Positions 20,501-27,450 of a DNA stretch of 64,000 nt are shown in pieces. The stretch lies in the IMG/VR virus record IMGVR_UViG_2881085443_000001; one strand, 5' to 3'. A model generated the notes under the pieces. The model worked only from the letters and a program-made list of their open reading frames with translations, had not been told where the DNA came from and did not search any database. Made by a program: the position numbers and the translations under genes. This DNA comes from an uncultured virus (IMG/VR IMGVR_UViG_2881085443_000001). Its lineage: Duplodnaviria > Heunggongvirae > Uroviricota > Caudoviricetes > Crassvirales. Each line of letters opens with the position of its first letter. Position 1 is the stretch's first letter.

Positions 20501-23083
20501 GTCAGTCGTAGTTTGCTCAACTACGGGTGGGTTTTGAATTTCTGCTAGTTTTGCTTCAGCTTCTGGCGCTGGCGCTTCTGCTTGTGGTGCATTTTGCGTT
20601 GGTGGATCCACGATATTGTAATCTGCAGGAACGGTTGGTAACGGATTCTCATTTACAGCAGGATTCTCATTAGCTTTGGATTCCGCATAGATTTTATTGG
20701 CACGTTCCACAACTTGTTCGTTTGTAATGGTAATGTCTTTTGATCCGTCCGGATTCAGTTCATTAACCAAGTCTTCCATCGCTTGCATTTTAAGCGTTTC
20801 CTGCTCTTTTAATGGTAATACATCAACAACAGTAGTTTTGCCGTCTATGATACCGTTTCTTTTTTCCTGCAGCGCTTTGTAGTCGTCACTAAGTCCTTTT
20901 AGCAAGGCTTCTTTGTTGGGTAAATTCCCGTCGTTTATTGCTCTGGCTTGTGATTTTATTTCTCCGGCTTTGGAGTTTAATGAAATCGCTTCGTCGTACA
21001 ATACACCAGGCATATCCGTTATTTTACCAATCGTATTGGCCACGATTTTTGAACTTTCGGCTGTAACTTTATCAATCTGTTTTTGAATAACAGTTTTTTC
21101 AACATCAGTTAATCCGTCGGTATTTAATTGGCTGGAATACTCAATGATTTTACGTGAATTTTCATCCAGCGTTCCTAAATCAGTTTTGGATTGAAATGGT
21201 TTTGCAATAACTCCAAAAACGTGCGGAGCTACTTTCAAAATAGAAGTAAGTGTAAAAGTATCTTTGAAAACTTTACCGGTATTGTCCAATAGTCCTACAT
21301 CTTTTTTGCCTAAAATAAACTTGTCGTTAAAGTTTTGCGTGAAATTTGTAAACTGCTCTCCTGACATTTCTTTACCCATATCGATCCCGTAATCCTTAGA
21401 CCAGTCAATTGCTTTTTGCGTAGCAGTTCTGGTAATCAATTCCGCTTCATTTCTGGCGATAGATTCAATCACTCTACCTCCTTTTTTCAGGATTGATAAT
21501 GTAGGTATTTCAGATATTACTTCAGCACCACCGTACAAAAATGGAGAAACTGCCATTTGCAAAGGAGTATAACTGGCTTTCCCTTGGCGTACTTCTTCAT
21601 TCATTTCGGTGTATTTCTGTCCGGTTGAAGACATACCAACAGCTGCCAGTCCTCCGGTACCGGTAGAGGTTGCTACCAAAATCGGAATTTGATTGGCTAA
21701 TAAATCTGAAGTGTAGTTCAAAAAACCTTCCGCGCTTTCTATACTTTCAACGGGTTTACGTAAATTTTCACGTGCGCCTTTTAGATCAGCTGCAAATTGG
21801 GACGCTACTTCTTGTCCTTGCATGGCGCCTATACGGTCCATTGGATTCCCACTCATGCCGGCGAAGTAATTGATACTTCCCAAAATACCGGTTGCTATCT
21901 CGCCTGTAGTAACAGCAATATTTCCGGCAAAATTATTAAAATCGCCAGATTCTCTTTTGAATAAATCAAATTCTTGTTGTGCCGTTCCTAAATCTTTTTT
22001 GTTGTTGAGTACGTATTGCTCGTTTTTGCTTAAAGTAGCGCCTAATTGCTTGATCTCTGCTCCTAGCGAAGTGTATTTGTTATACAGTTCCTCCGGGAAT
22101 GACTGGCCGCTTTCTTTAAGTTGCTGCAATTGGGATTCTACCGCTTTGTAGTCTTCAATTTTATCTTCAGCTACGGTTTGTAATGCGGCATTGTATTTCA
22201 GCCTTTTTACATTATCTTCCTGAAGGTGAATGCTTTTATCGTATCGATCTTGTTTCAGCAAATTCTTATCCTCCGTATCCATATTGTCCAGGAAGGAATT
22301 GGCACGATCCAAAAATAAGTTTTCTTTCTCTTTTTCTTTAAACAATTCTTTGGCACGTTGATTAACCTCAGCCTCTGACAATTGCTCTTTGTTTTTTAAT
22401 GCTGCTTTTTTTACCGTCTCTTTTTCTCCGGACAATGGATCTTCATTGATTTTAAATTCAAGTAATCCAACGTTTTTAGAAGCGATAACCGCCCCGTCAA
22501 TAACTGTATTTACTGCTTTTTTAGCAATTGATTTTACGTTATTCCAAACGCCATTTGTATTTACCGCGTCATTCAATCGTTGCTCCGCTACAGCATCGTC
22601 GTCATTGTCTTGTGTAGCAGAATAAAATGATGTTTCCAGTTCTTTTACACGCTGGCTTTTAGCTTGTGCTTTGGCTTTTTCGTTAGTCTTGATAGAGGAA
22701 GACAATGCATCCGTTTCAGCCATAACCGCATCCATATTTTCAGGAGTCACTTTTACATTGGCTAATTTTTGACGTAAACGTTTTTCTTTGTTTGCAGAAC
22801 TTTCTGTTTGTGGTTGCGCTCCCATTCCCGGAGCTACACTGTTGGTATCGATCTTAGGAAATCCTTTAGAACTTGCACCAGCCGAAGAACCAGTGGTTGC
22901 CTCCGACGCCAATTTCTTTTCTGGAACAGTACCAGTAGATTTTTCTTTTTTTTTTAATGCATCATTAGAAAACATTGCCGTGTAGTCCGAAGCCATTTTA
23001 TCAACATCTTCATTACTTCCTCCATTGGCGATTAATTCTTTAATATTAGAATCTAATTGTTTTGCGTATTTTGGCTGTAACAT
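14561..23083 (-). CDS. giant internal virion/DNA-ejection protein (polyvalent; LPD38-like C-terminus, internal ParB-like domain)
   Basis: 2840 aa at the end of a podovirus structural operon; FIPYINVAFQGG C-terminal motif; ILDGNNRVKA ParB-N-like motif. Confidence 0.65.
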   Translation of the reverse strand: MLQPKYAKQLDSNIKELIANGGSNEDVDKMASDYTAMFSNDALKKKEKSTGTVPEKKLASEATTGSSAGASSKGFPKIDTNSVAPGMGAQPQTESSANKEKRLRQKLANVKVTPENMDAVMAETDALSSSIKTNEKAKAQAKSQRVKELETSFYSATQDNDDDAVAEQRLNDAVNTNGVWNNVKSIAKKAVNTVIDGAVIASKNVGLLEFKINEDPLSGEKETVKKAALKNKEQLSEAEVNQRAKELFKEKEKENLFLDRANSFLDNMDTEDKNLLKQDRYDKSIHLQEDNVKRLKYNAALQTVAEDKIEDYKAVESQLQQLKESGQSFPEELYNKYTSLGAEIKQLGATLSKNEQYVLNNKKDLGTAQQEFDLFKRESGDFNNFAGNIAVTTGEIATGILGSINYFAGMSGNPMDRIGAMQGQEVASQFAADLKGARENLRKPVESIESAEGFLNYTSDLLANQIPILVATSTGTGGLAAVGMSSTGQKYTEMNEEVRQGKASYTPLQMAVSPFLYGGAEVISEIPTLSILKKGGRVIESIARNEAELITRTATQKAIDWSKDYGIDMGKEMSGEQFTNFTQNFNDKFILGKKDVGLLDNTGKVFKDTFTLTSILKVAPHVFGVIAKPFQSKTDLGTLDENSRKIIEYSSQLNTDGLTDVEKTVIQKQIDKVTAESSKIVANTIGKITDMPGVLYDEAISLNSKAGEIKSQARAINDGNLPNKEALLKGLSDDYKALQEKRNGIIDGKTTVVDVLPLKEQETLKMQAMEDLVNELNPDGSKDITITNEQVVERANKIYAESKANENPAVNENPLPTVPADYNIVDPPTQNAPQAEAPAPEAEAKLAEIQNPPVVEQTTTDTKEPAAEASPVPSVSELSDNQKETLKNLEEERNSKLLLEPQGLEESELVKTPSYINNRKIEAEYNAKINQIINEAATSTNEVAPVVANTKEVKKTFYTPEEINTHNDSYDKKHDEISERLEKEYLAQGIPKSEIFEKINSNSEIRQNAKDRSTLENHNNTVFKDILNDIINNKLNIPKYFKNKEKQYQLETAIKESLTKRFSTKDSGYDSVRNNQDVLTEVELTKIAKELAKAFLPPGMTFNSLTSDQKTNALEKIAPTVNSFKELLSSEIINKQGTNEAAPPTNTPADGNLRIGADNVGENGNAKPEGPAKESVPGAADAGENKGIDPLKDVESTAKALETVIPKEQAFAFAINALPLEGTINYKDIKQSDFALPFDRYVNSPEKIDKEVGSAYKIYEFLKNGGKLPNNVILLDKNGKILDGNNRVKAQLASGVTDFKYAVADDKIFSQPYSKTIAEGYHKAKLDGSNPELVTAVEKLLGPPAAKSDVVKKTVKYKSWGKETEFTVETDSKGEVKIFKKDGTEVPKYTQRKLKKLVDNKPVYKPVKNANYYKILAIAEGGLSDNEINIENKKQIQDSIDNFIPTTEYEYALLEIARGVKFSKESIQTEVGNMDSKWATDPFSTKKLPSIENVAEGIVSGADFVELDEKAVRDHLIDIIAGFGSVNDVKESVHEMYKRSIDPFYGMNEADAIEANKEFITEAEQTLFDAVQAEDNLNESEKLKYYQNEYEKSIESLTGEQQRELYDQHESDRQGLPDPNEGDAISDSEEVRGGQEKGKEINAESPELKEVNAKLAQANENLRIAKEALDRKAKLLDKELLKDNEDIFGERPNQNENKLFDERVDVDARNKATAKERQAIKDAQAEIKQLTDLKAKIENGEVVSTKEINFEIDDKSTPDQILEWLENAEKELNDFGRDNLSVGIPIVVAKAAIQAMKIAVKAGKLAAEIIQAGLDAVKQSDWFKNLTQTEQADIENDFQTNFLNKISAIDPANERQAENLLNRAASENISEEDAYNEVKATFAKARAELKNKKLPSEYIRDAYRNFVKKFTDRQYLAKSLLNKSGMKVIQNLIVNAQGASGRAKIQFEEAYNKIYKGLTTAERAILDEIIQAKRFIAIDTNREARGLDPVSHPNFIDKNKSEKFLSQLEKELGTEKFNELVERSEAYFDTYKGILKDMLDNGLLSQESFDSMSDVDYQPRVFLQFVTDFNGDIETAKRTNNVDSGGLSSDQIKSMSEGDANSLVLNSEWLLTNSLSSRSKAMAMNNINKRFMTGEFQKAKARFDKLNPKNLKGDDVRFYKYFKELSSKVIDNPFNSTTNKYLYDKTPANFSKAYYYVNGQRQEFFLEDELHESWNNNVAGFLSSNAKEFISYASGAALVKAIATGNNPAFPIVNTPRDFLFTLTFSDQYSNIVPKAMFQVAKDVAKAIKEIRKPQSDVLKKYIEYGGAMDFLSSQGKLKKESVMGQVLEKAVSANTRDIAKSIFNKVTLHKISQYSEMMFRLGIFQRTIQNQLKDLRFSDISEVTDKQQIDDIYSQAVASARGILDFNQGGSITKDMEAFIPYINVAFQGGRVAATAFEKDPVGTTAKVLQVATLASTVPIGISLALISAMKSDDDEDKTTYEIYLDAVAGISSYQKEKYMNIPTPFKNEDGQYMVIKIAKAQELAPVMSLTDNIFNNLIRSLAGQEKKSAGKITAEGLSAFNHIMPVDVTSPAGFFTRSPAIKATMTYATGYDFFKDEPLSFDIGKVPLAVEGITLSSTEDFYKKIGENFGLSPVRTKGFVESLITSPGTNPFVGMLYGGADAAGSDKGMKQIGSELAKTTLKSFTKRTHSYTSDFNRQLAGKKEMQEKLDAINIEKHRTKAEFNTLTKQFVNKEISKADLDSKMGELEPIEKKRIYNKIKDKIRLKDVDGTILDIKYEQGNEAKALMIMHYYGDIFDGSKDSRAVMIQMKKAKGILTPATMQAYNKLKKELATKKRPE

Positions 23084-23089
23084 AGTTTT

Positions 23090-24274
23090 TTATTTGTAGA
23101 TTGCTTTTCCTGTTTTTGGATCGATGCCGGCGTACACTTTCTTTTTAGTAGTTGTGTTCGTGTTCGATTTAGTTTTGCCATTACCTTGACTTTTTGTAGT
23201 GGTAACGGTATTCCCTTCATTATCCATTGTAGCGGTTGCGACTGTCGTTTTACCTGCAGCCTCTTGCTCTAATCTTTCTGTTCTGGCTTCTGCTGCTGAT
23301 TTACGGTTTTTAGCTCCTTCCGATTCTGTTATCCTTAATCGCTCTCTGGCAATTCTGTTGTTTTCCGCGTCATTCAAAATCTTCTGTTCTAAGGCTTGCT
23401 GGGCCGTATCCGGTTTTACGCGTAACAAAACATCATTGGTGTAATTAGTAGCAATTACTTTTAACGCTGCAGTATTGGTATAATCAGTAATTCCTGCGTC
23501 CCTGGCATACGATTTTAAACGCGCTGTAGGTGTTACCCCGTCCAGTTCATACAATTGACTGTTGGTGTAAGCAGTTAATAAATCCTTATCGTTTGCATTG
23601 GGTTGCAGGTTTTTTGAAGTGGCGATCAAATCTGCATTTCTGTCAAAACGTTGTTGTATTTCGTACTTAGGAACTACATTCTGGATCTGGTCGTAGGTTT
23701 CTAAATCGTCTTTTCCATCGCCGTCAAGATCTTTAAAAGCAACCATTGGCATTCCGTTATCATCCAGCGCCAATAATTTGTTTTGAAATCCTTCCTGGTA
23801 ATTTTTATCATAAACCGGATCCGCAAACATAGTGCCTGCTGCAATTCCTTTTTTTATTGCTAAATCTCTTTCGGTTAGTGTTTTTGTCATAGAAGACAAA
23901 TTCTCCGGTAGATTATTAATGTTTTGCAATTTTATGGTAGCTTTTAACCGTTCGTCGTCGGACGCATTCGGATTGTTCACTACAGCCATTAATGGAACGT
24001 ATTCTTTTTGCGCTTCAAGTATCAATCTTCCTTGCGCTTCATTGAGCGACTTGGATCCAGTATCGTAATTGGATAAAGGCTTAACGTGTTTTTCCCAAAG
24101 CTCCCTTTTTTCTTTCTCAGCTTTATCAATTCTGTCTTGCTTGGTTTTTTCTTCTTGTGATTTTAGATGCTGTCTTTTAAAACTGTTGTCTTGCTGTTGC
24201 TGCATATCATCAGCAATACTGCCTTCCAGCGGTTTTAATTGACGGTAAGCGGTGTACGTTCCGGAGTTTGCCAT
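23090..24274 (-). CDS. putative internal virion/ejection protein
   Basis: 394 aa, helical, between two other ejection-type genes. Confidence 0.55.
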   Translation of the reverse strand: MANSGTYTAYRQLKPLEGSIADDMQQQQDNSFKRQHLKSQEEKTKQDRIDKAEKEKRELWEKHVKPLSNYDTGSKSLNEAQGRLILEAQKEYVPLMAVVNNPNASDDERLKATIKLQNINNLPENLSSMTKTLTERDLAIKKGIAAGTMFADPVYDKNYQEGFQNKLLALDDNGMPMVAFKDLDGDGKDDLETYDQIQNVVPKYEIQQRFDRNADLIATSKNLQPNANDKDLLTAYTNSQLYELDGVTPTARLKSYARDAGITDYTNTAALKVIATNYTNDVLLRVKPDTAQQALEQKILNDAENNRIARERLRITESEGAKNRKSAAEARTERLEQEAAGKTTVATATMDNEGNTVTTTKSQGNGKTKSNTNTTTKKKVYAGIDPKTGKAIYK

Positions 24275-24276
24275 GG

Positions 24277-24912
24277 TTAAAATTTATTAAAGTCTTTAAG
24301 CATGCTGGTATATCTAGGCATGTAGCTATTATTGAATTGATTTTGATTCATTGCACCACCTCCCATATTTGCCATGTCTTTATCTGCCTGACTTCCCGAT
24401 CCGTCTTTACTCCAATCAACATTATTGGCGGCATACATTAGCGAGCTGCCTACGCCACGAATCCCACTCCACATATTTTGCTGGCCGGATTGTATTTGTT
24501 GTCCTATTCCTGCTAAATCAGCATTTTCTCGGTCTTCTTTCATGCCACGAATAGCGGTCTGATCACCAGCAATCGCATAGCTTCTTTTGTTGATTTGATT
24601 GTCGATATAATCTCGTCCCTCTTGATTGTTTCTGTTGTCATTTGCCAATACTCCTGGCAACATCGCAACGCCTCTCGAACCCATATTGCGTAATGCATCT
24701 ACAGTATTTGCGGAACTTCTTTGCGCCTCTTCACGCATAATATCACTGCCAACAGTACTGATAGCAATATTCTCATACGCATTAGATTGATCCAGATCCT
24801 GACGGTTGTAGTCCTGACGTGCTTTTTCTCCTTTGCGTTTGTCTTCAATTCCTTGCCATGCTTGAAATCCTGACATTCCTAATCCTAAAACCGAGGTTGT
24901 AACTGCTGCCAT
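24277..24912 (-). CDS. putative internal virion (pilot-type) protein
   Basis: Hydrophobic Gly/Ala N-terminus and Gln/Asn-rich body, as in podovirus small ejection proteins. Confidence 0.55.
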   Translation of the reverse strand: MAAVTTSVLGLGMSGFQAWQGIEDKRKGEKARQDYNRQDLDQSNAYENIAISTVGSDIMREEAQRSSANTVDALRNMGSRGVAMLPGVLANDNRNNQEGRDYIDNQINKRSYAIAGDQTAIRGMKEDRENADLAGIGQQIQSGQQNMWSGIRGVGSSLMYAANNVDWSKDGSGSQADKDMANMGGGAMNQNQFNNSYMPRYTSMLKDFNKF

Positions 24913-25011
24913 AGTAAATTCATTTAAATCTCTAAAATTACACTAATAATAGAAATTATTTATATCAAATACAAATGTAATAAATATTTAGTATCGTTTT
25001 ATTGTATTTTT

Positions 25012-25034
25012 AGTATAATTATTTTATACTTTTG
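25012..25034 (+). promoter_or_regulatory. promoter (-7 TACTTTTG) overlapped by a 19-bp palindromic box, driving the RNA operon
   Basis: AGTATAATTATTTTATACT at 25012-25030 and TACTTTTG at 25027-25034; divergent CAAATGTA at 24972. Confidence 0.6.
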
Positions 25035-25116
25035 AAAAGTCGAACTAACGTACTTCACCGCCTTTCTTGTGAAGGAGATAAAGAGAAATAAAATGGTTTT
25101 TAGTTAGTTCGGTTTT

Positions 25117-25227
25117 GGGGAAGTAGCTCAGTAGGCTAGAGCGATTGCAAAACTATCGATTATCATTTTTTAAAATGTAGATAGTTAATTCGACAGTAGG
25201 TCAGCGGTTCGAGTCCGTTCTTCTCCA
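25117..25227 (+). ncRNA. tRNA-Ala-like RNA with anticodon loop replaced by a long hairpin
   Basis: Acceptor GGGGAAG/CTTCTCC-A with G3-U70, D-arm GCTC/GAGC, T-arm AGCGG-TTCGAGT-CCGTT, and an extended arm of about 55 nt. Confidence 0.7.
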
Positions 25228-25378
25228 CGAGGATCTGTTAAGAAAGTACTGACAATGTATTCACAGATGGGGGTAGTAATAGGATTCTTACCAATGCTAC
25301 ACGCGAAAATGATAGTTCAACCGGTAAATACAATCGTAAGTCATTAGGTATTGACAGCTTGGAAAGACAAGCAAAAAC

Positions 25379-25489
25379 AGGGATGTGGCGGAATGGTAGA
25401 CGCTAGATATGGATAGAGAATTGAGTCGATTTAAATTCATCGAGTTAAGAGAATCACTTAACGTTTGGGTTCGAGTCCCAGCTTCCCAA
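25379..25489 (+). ncRNA. tRNA-Leu-like RNA with an insertion between D and anticodon arms
   Basis: TGGCGGAATGGTAGACGC D-arm, GTTAAG/CTTAAC variable arm, TTGGG-TTCGAGT-CCCAG T-arm, imperfect acceptor stem. Confidence 0.6.
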
Positions 25490-25644
25490 CAAAGTCGAGG
25501 TGCTTAATGCTTGTTTGACGACTTTTACAAAAACATAGAAGCTTTGACAGCCGGAATAGACGGATCGGTAGTTTTCGGTACTCACATAATAGAACCGATG
25601 GCGAAAAAGGAAAAGAACTTTTGACAGTAGGAAAGACTACGGTT

Positions 25645-25731
25645 AAAGAAGTGCCGTATATCCGGATCGTGAAAGCGAATATGTGAAATTCATAGACTTA
25701 GGAAATGCAGATTCGAATTCTGTCTTCTTTG
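25645..25731 (+). ncRNA. degenerate tRNA-like RNA with an extra GAAA-tetraloop hairpin
   Basis: AAAGAAG/CTTCTTT acceptor and GCAGA-TTCGAAT-TCTGT T-arm. Confidence 0.5.
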
Positions 25732-25866
25732 CGAAATAATGCGGATAGCTCTACGGGAGATTAGGGAAGACTAATAACAATGCTATGCTGTGAGGTAATG
25801 TCCCTCGCTTTAATCCGTAGGAATCCTGGCACAGGAGAGTGTAGTTATAATACATTACACAATATT

Positions 25867-25938
25867 GGGACTGTAGCTTAGACGGTAAAGCATATACCCG
25901 AAAAGGTATAGACGGCGGTTCGATTCCGCCCTCGCCCG
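25867..25938 (+). ncRNA. tRNA-like RNA with mismatched acceptor stem and 6-bp/6-nt anticodon arm
   Basis: D-arm GCTT/AAGC, TATACC-CGAAAA-GGTATA, 3-nt GAC connector, GGCGG-TTCGATT-CCGCC T-arm. Confidence 0.6.
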
Positions 25939-25943
25939 CAAAA

Positions 25944-26003
25944 TTGTTCGTTGACGTATTACAAGTTTTTGTATGGACCGGAGTTCGATTCTCCGCGCCT
26001 CCA
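25944..26003 (+). ncRNA. ssrA: two-piece tmRNA, acceptor piece
   Basis: GGAC-CGGAG-TTCGATT-CTCCG-CGCCTCC-A; pairs with the downstream GGGGGCG; 5' boundary approximate. Confidence 0.85.
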
Positions 26004-26147
26004 CGAATCGCTCGCCACGATGTAAGTTTCTTTATTCTTTAAAAATAAAGTGGTGGAGTCACCGAGAAATCGTTGACCTAAGTTTATGAAATGCGAATGT
26101 GGTTTTTACTTCCTGAAAATGGTTTAAAAATAAAACCCATTAGAAAA

Positions 26148-26290
26148 GGGGGCGACTGGTTTTGACAGCAATGCACGAGTAGTAAAGAGAACTTTTTTAT
26201 TTTTTAACCGGCAAATTAATTAGCCTTAACAATGCACCGCTTAGAGCAGTAGCGTAGTTACGAAACTTGGGAGAGCGTCAATCTCCCTTT
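26148..26290 (+). ncRNA. ssrA: two-piece tmRNA, coding piece (tag ORF 26210-26257, GKLISLNNAPLRAVA)
   Basis: Begins GGGGGCGACTGGTTTTGACAGC like Bacteroidetes tmRNA 5' ends; resume codon GGC after TAACC; tag ends AVA-stop. Confidence 0.85.
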
Positions 26291-26295
26291 TTTTT
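26269..26295 (+). terminator. intrinsic terminator closing the RNA operon
   Basis: GGGAGA-GCGTCAA-TCTCCC followed by T8. Confidence 0.75.
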
Positions 26296-26698
26296 ACAAA
26301 ACTAAAACCATTTCATCTACCTTAACGCTGCCGTTAGCGTATCCCATTTCCTGGTAGATCTTTTTCAAATTTTGGTTTTTTACGACGGTATAAATGTATT
26401 TGCTTCCTTTTCTTTTGGCTAGCTCATTCAGTTCATAGATCAGGATCTTAATCGCTTCTTTGCGGTCCTTGTCTTTATAATCAAAATTGGATATGATAAA
26501 CTCACTCCAAGCAATAGCGCTATTGGTAAAATAAATAAAACCGGCCACAATATTCACGCCGTCCTTATGCACCATCATTCCTCCGGTGCCGTTCTCCGGC
26601 AAAAAATCCCTTGGCGGTGCGGTCCATCGAAAGGCTTTCCACCACTGGCACAAAACATCGTAATCAGTTTCGTTTAAAAATCGTACGGAGAATTCCAT
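26294..26698 (-). CDS. GNAT-fold virion assembly protein
   Basis: 134 aa, acetyltransferase-like pattern, in the usual podovirus position between tail and ejection genes. Confidence 0.55.
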   Translation of the reverse strand: MEFSVRFLNETDYDVLCQWWKAFRWTAPPRDFLPENGTGGMMVHKDGVNIVAGFIYFTNSAIAWSEFIISNFDYKDKDRKEAIKILIYELNELAKRKGSKYIYTVVKNQNLKKIYQEMGYANGSVKVDEMVLVL

Positions 26699-26699
26699 T

Positions 26700-27440
26700 T
26701 TATCTTTCGGTTAAAGTGATCGATGATTTTACGGCATTGGTATTTACGGCAAATAATTCTACTTTCTCGGTATCGGTATTTTCAAGATCCACTTCCAGGT
26801 AATATCCTCGTATTTCTCCACCTTCTATTCTGGCATTCTTCTTAGAGAAACTGTAATATCCGGCCACTGGTGCTGTGATAATTGCAGCAAGTGTAATTGT
26901 GTTCTCGAATACATCTGCAATCGTTCCTATAGGCTCATTTGCGCTTCCATTCAACTGGTACAATACATCGCCAATACTGACAAAGTTTGAAACAGCTTTG
27001 AAAGTAATATTGAGTCCTGCAATAGTTTGAATGACTCCAATTCCCTGTACCGTATTCCCGTGAAAATCATTTGCGTTTTCGTTTTTACGGATATACGCAA
27101 ACTGCCTGCTTTCTCGTTTATTGAATTCAGTGCTTTTGATTGTGCTTTCGGTGTAGTTTGTTTTTAGCGCGACTTCCCACGGATTGTTTCCTTCTAAAAC
27201 GATTGTTTTAAAAATCTTGTCTTCGGCGCTGGATTCATTGATTATCATTTTGATCTTGGACGAATACTGAACGCCATAAAAATTGTTCTGAACTCCCGTG
27301 TCTTCGTTATGCAGGTACAGTTGTCCGTTTTTTATCGAATAAAACCGATTGTTCAGTTTGAGCATCAGGTCCGGAATGTAACTCCAGAAAGAAGTCCAGC
27401 CATGTGATTTTTCAGAATGCGATAATGTGTGTTGGGCCAT
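26700..27440 (-). CDS. tail structural protein
   Basis: GWTSFWSYIPD...KIFKTIVLEG...GEIRGYY resembles the C-terminal part of podovirus nozzle/stabilisation proteins. Confidence 0.55.
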   Translation of the reverse strand: MAQHTLSHSEKSHGWTSFWSYIPDLMLKLNNRFYSIKNGQLYLHNEDTGVQNNFYGVQYSSKIKMIINESSAEDKIFKTIVLEGNNPWEVALKTNYTESTIKSTEFNKRESRQFAYIRKNENANDFHGNTVQGIGVIQTIAGLNITFKAVSNFVSIGDVLYQLNGSANEPIGTIADVFENTITLAAIITAPVAGYYSFSKKNARIEGGEIRGYYLEVDLENTDTEKVELFAVNTNAVKSSITLTER

Positions 27441-27450
27441 GGTGTTTTGT

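Noticed and set aside
14561..24274. crAss-like virion RNA polymerase
   Set aside because: I found no DxDxD catalytic motif in the giant protein; the DLDGDGKDD in the 394-aa protein looks like a calcium-binding loop.
25145..25197. Self-splicing intron in the first tRNA-like RNA
   Set aside because: About 50 nt is far too short for a group I or II intron, and removing it does not restore an obvious anticodon loop.
25351..25640. TTGACA copies as sigma70 -35 boxes
   Set aside because: No matching -10 element at the right spacing, the phage uses Bacteroidetes TAnnTTTG promoters, and each copy is fused to a covarying hairpin.
25117..25938. Calling canonical tRNAs with specific anticodons
   Set aside because: None has a standard 5-bp stem with a U33-containing 7-nt loop together with a fully normal cloverleaf, so anticodons cannot be assigned honestly.
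25948..26160. tmRNA fragments as a prophage attachment-site duplication
   Set aside because: The 3' part lies before the 5' part only 144 nt away, both are mid-phage, and they complement rather than duplicate each other.
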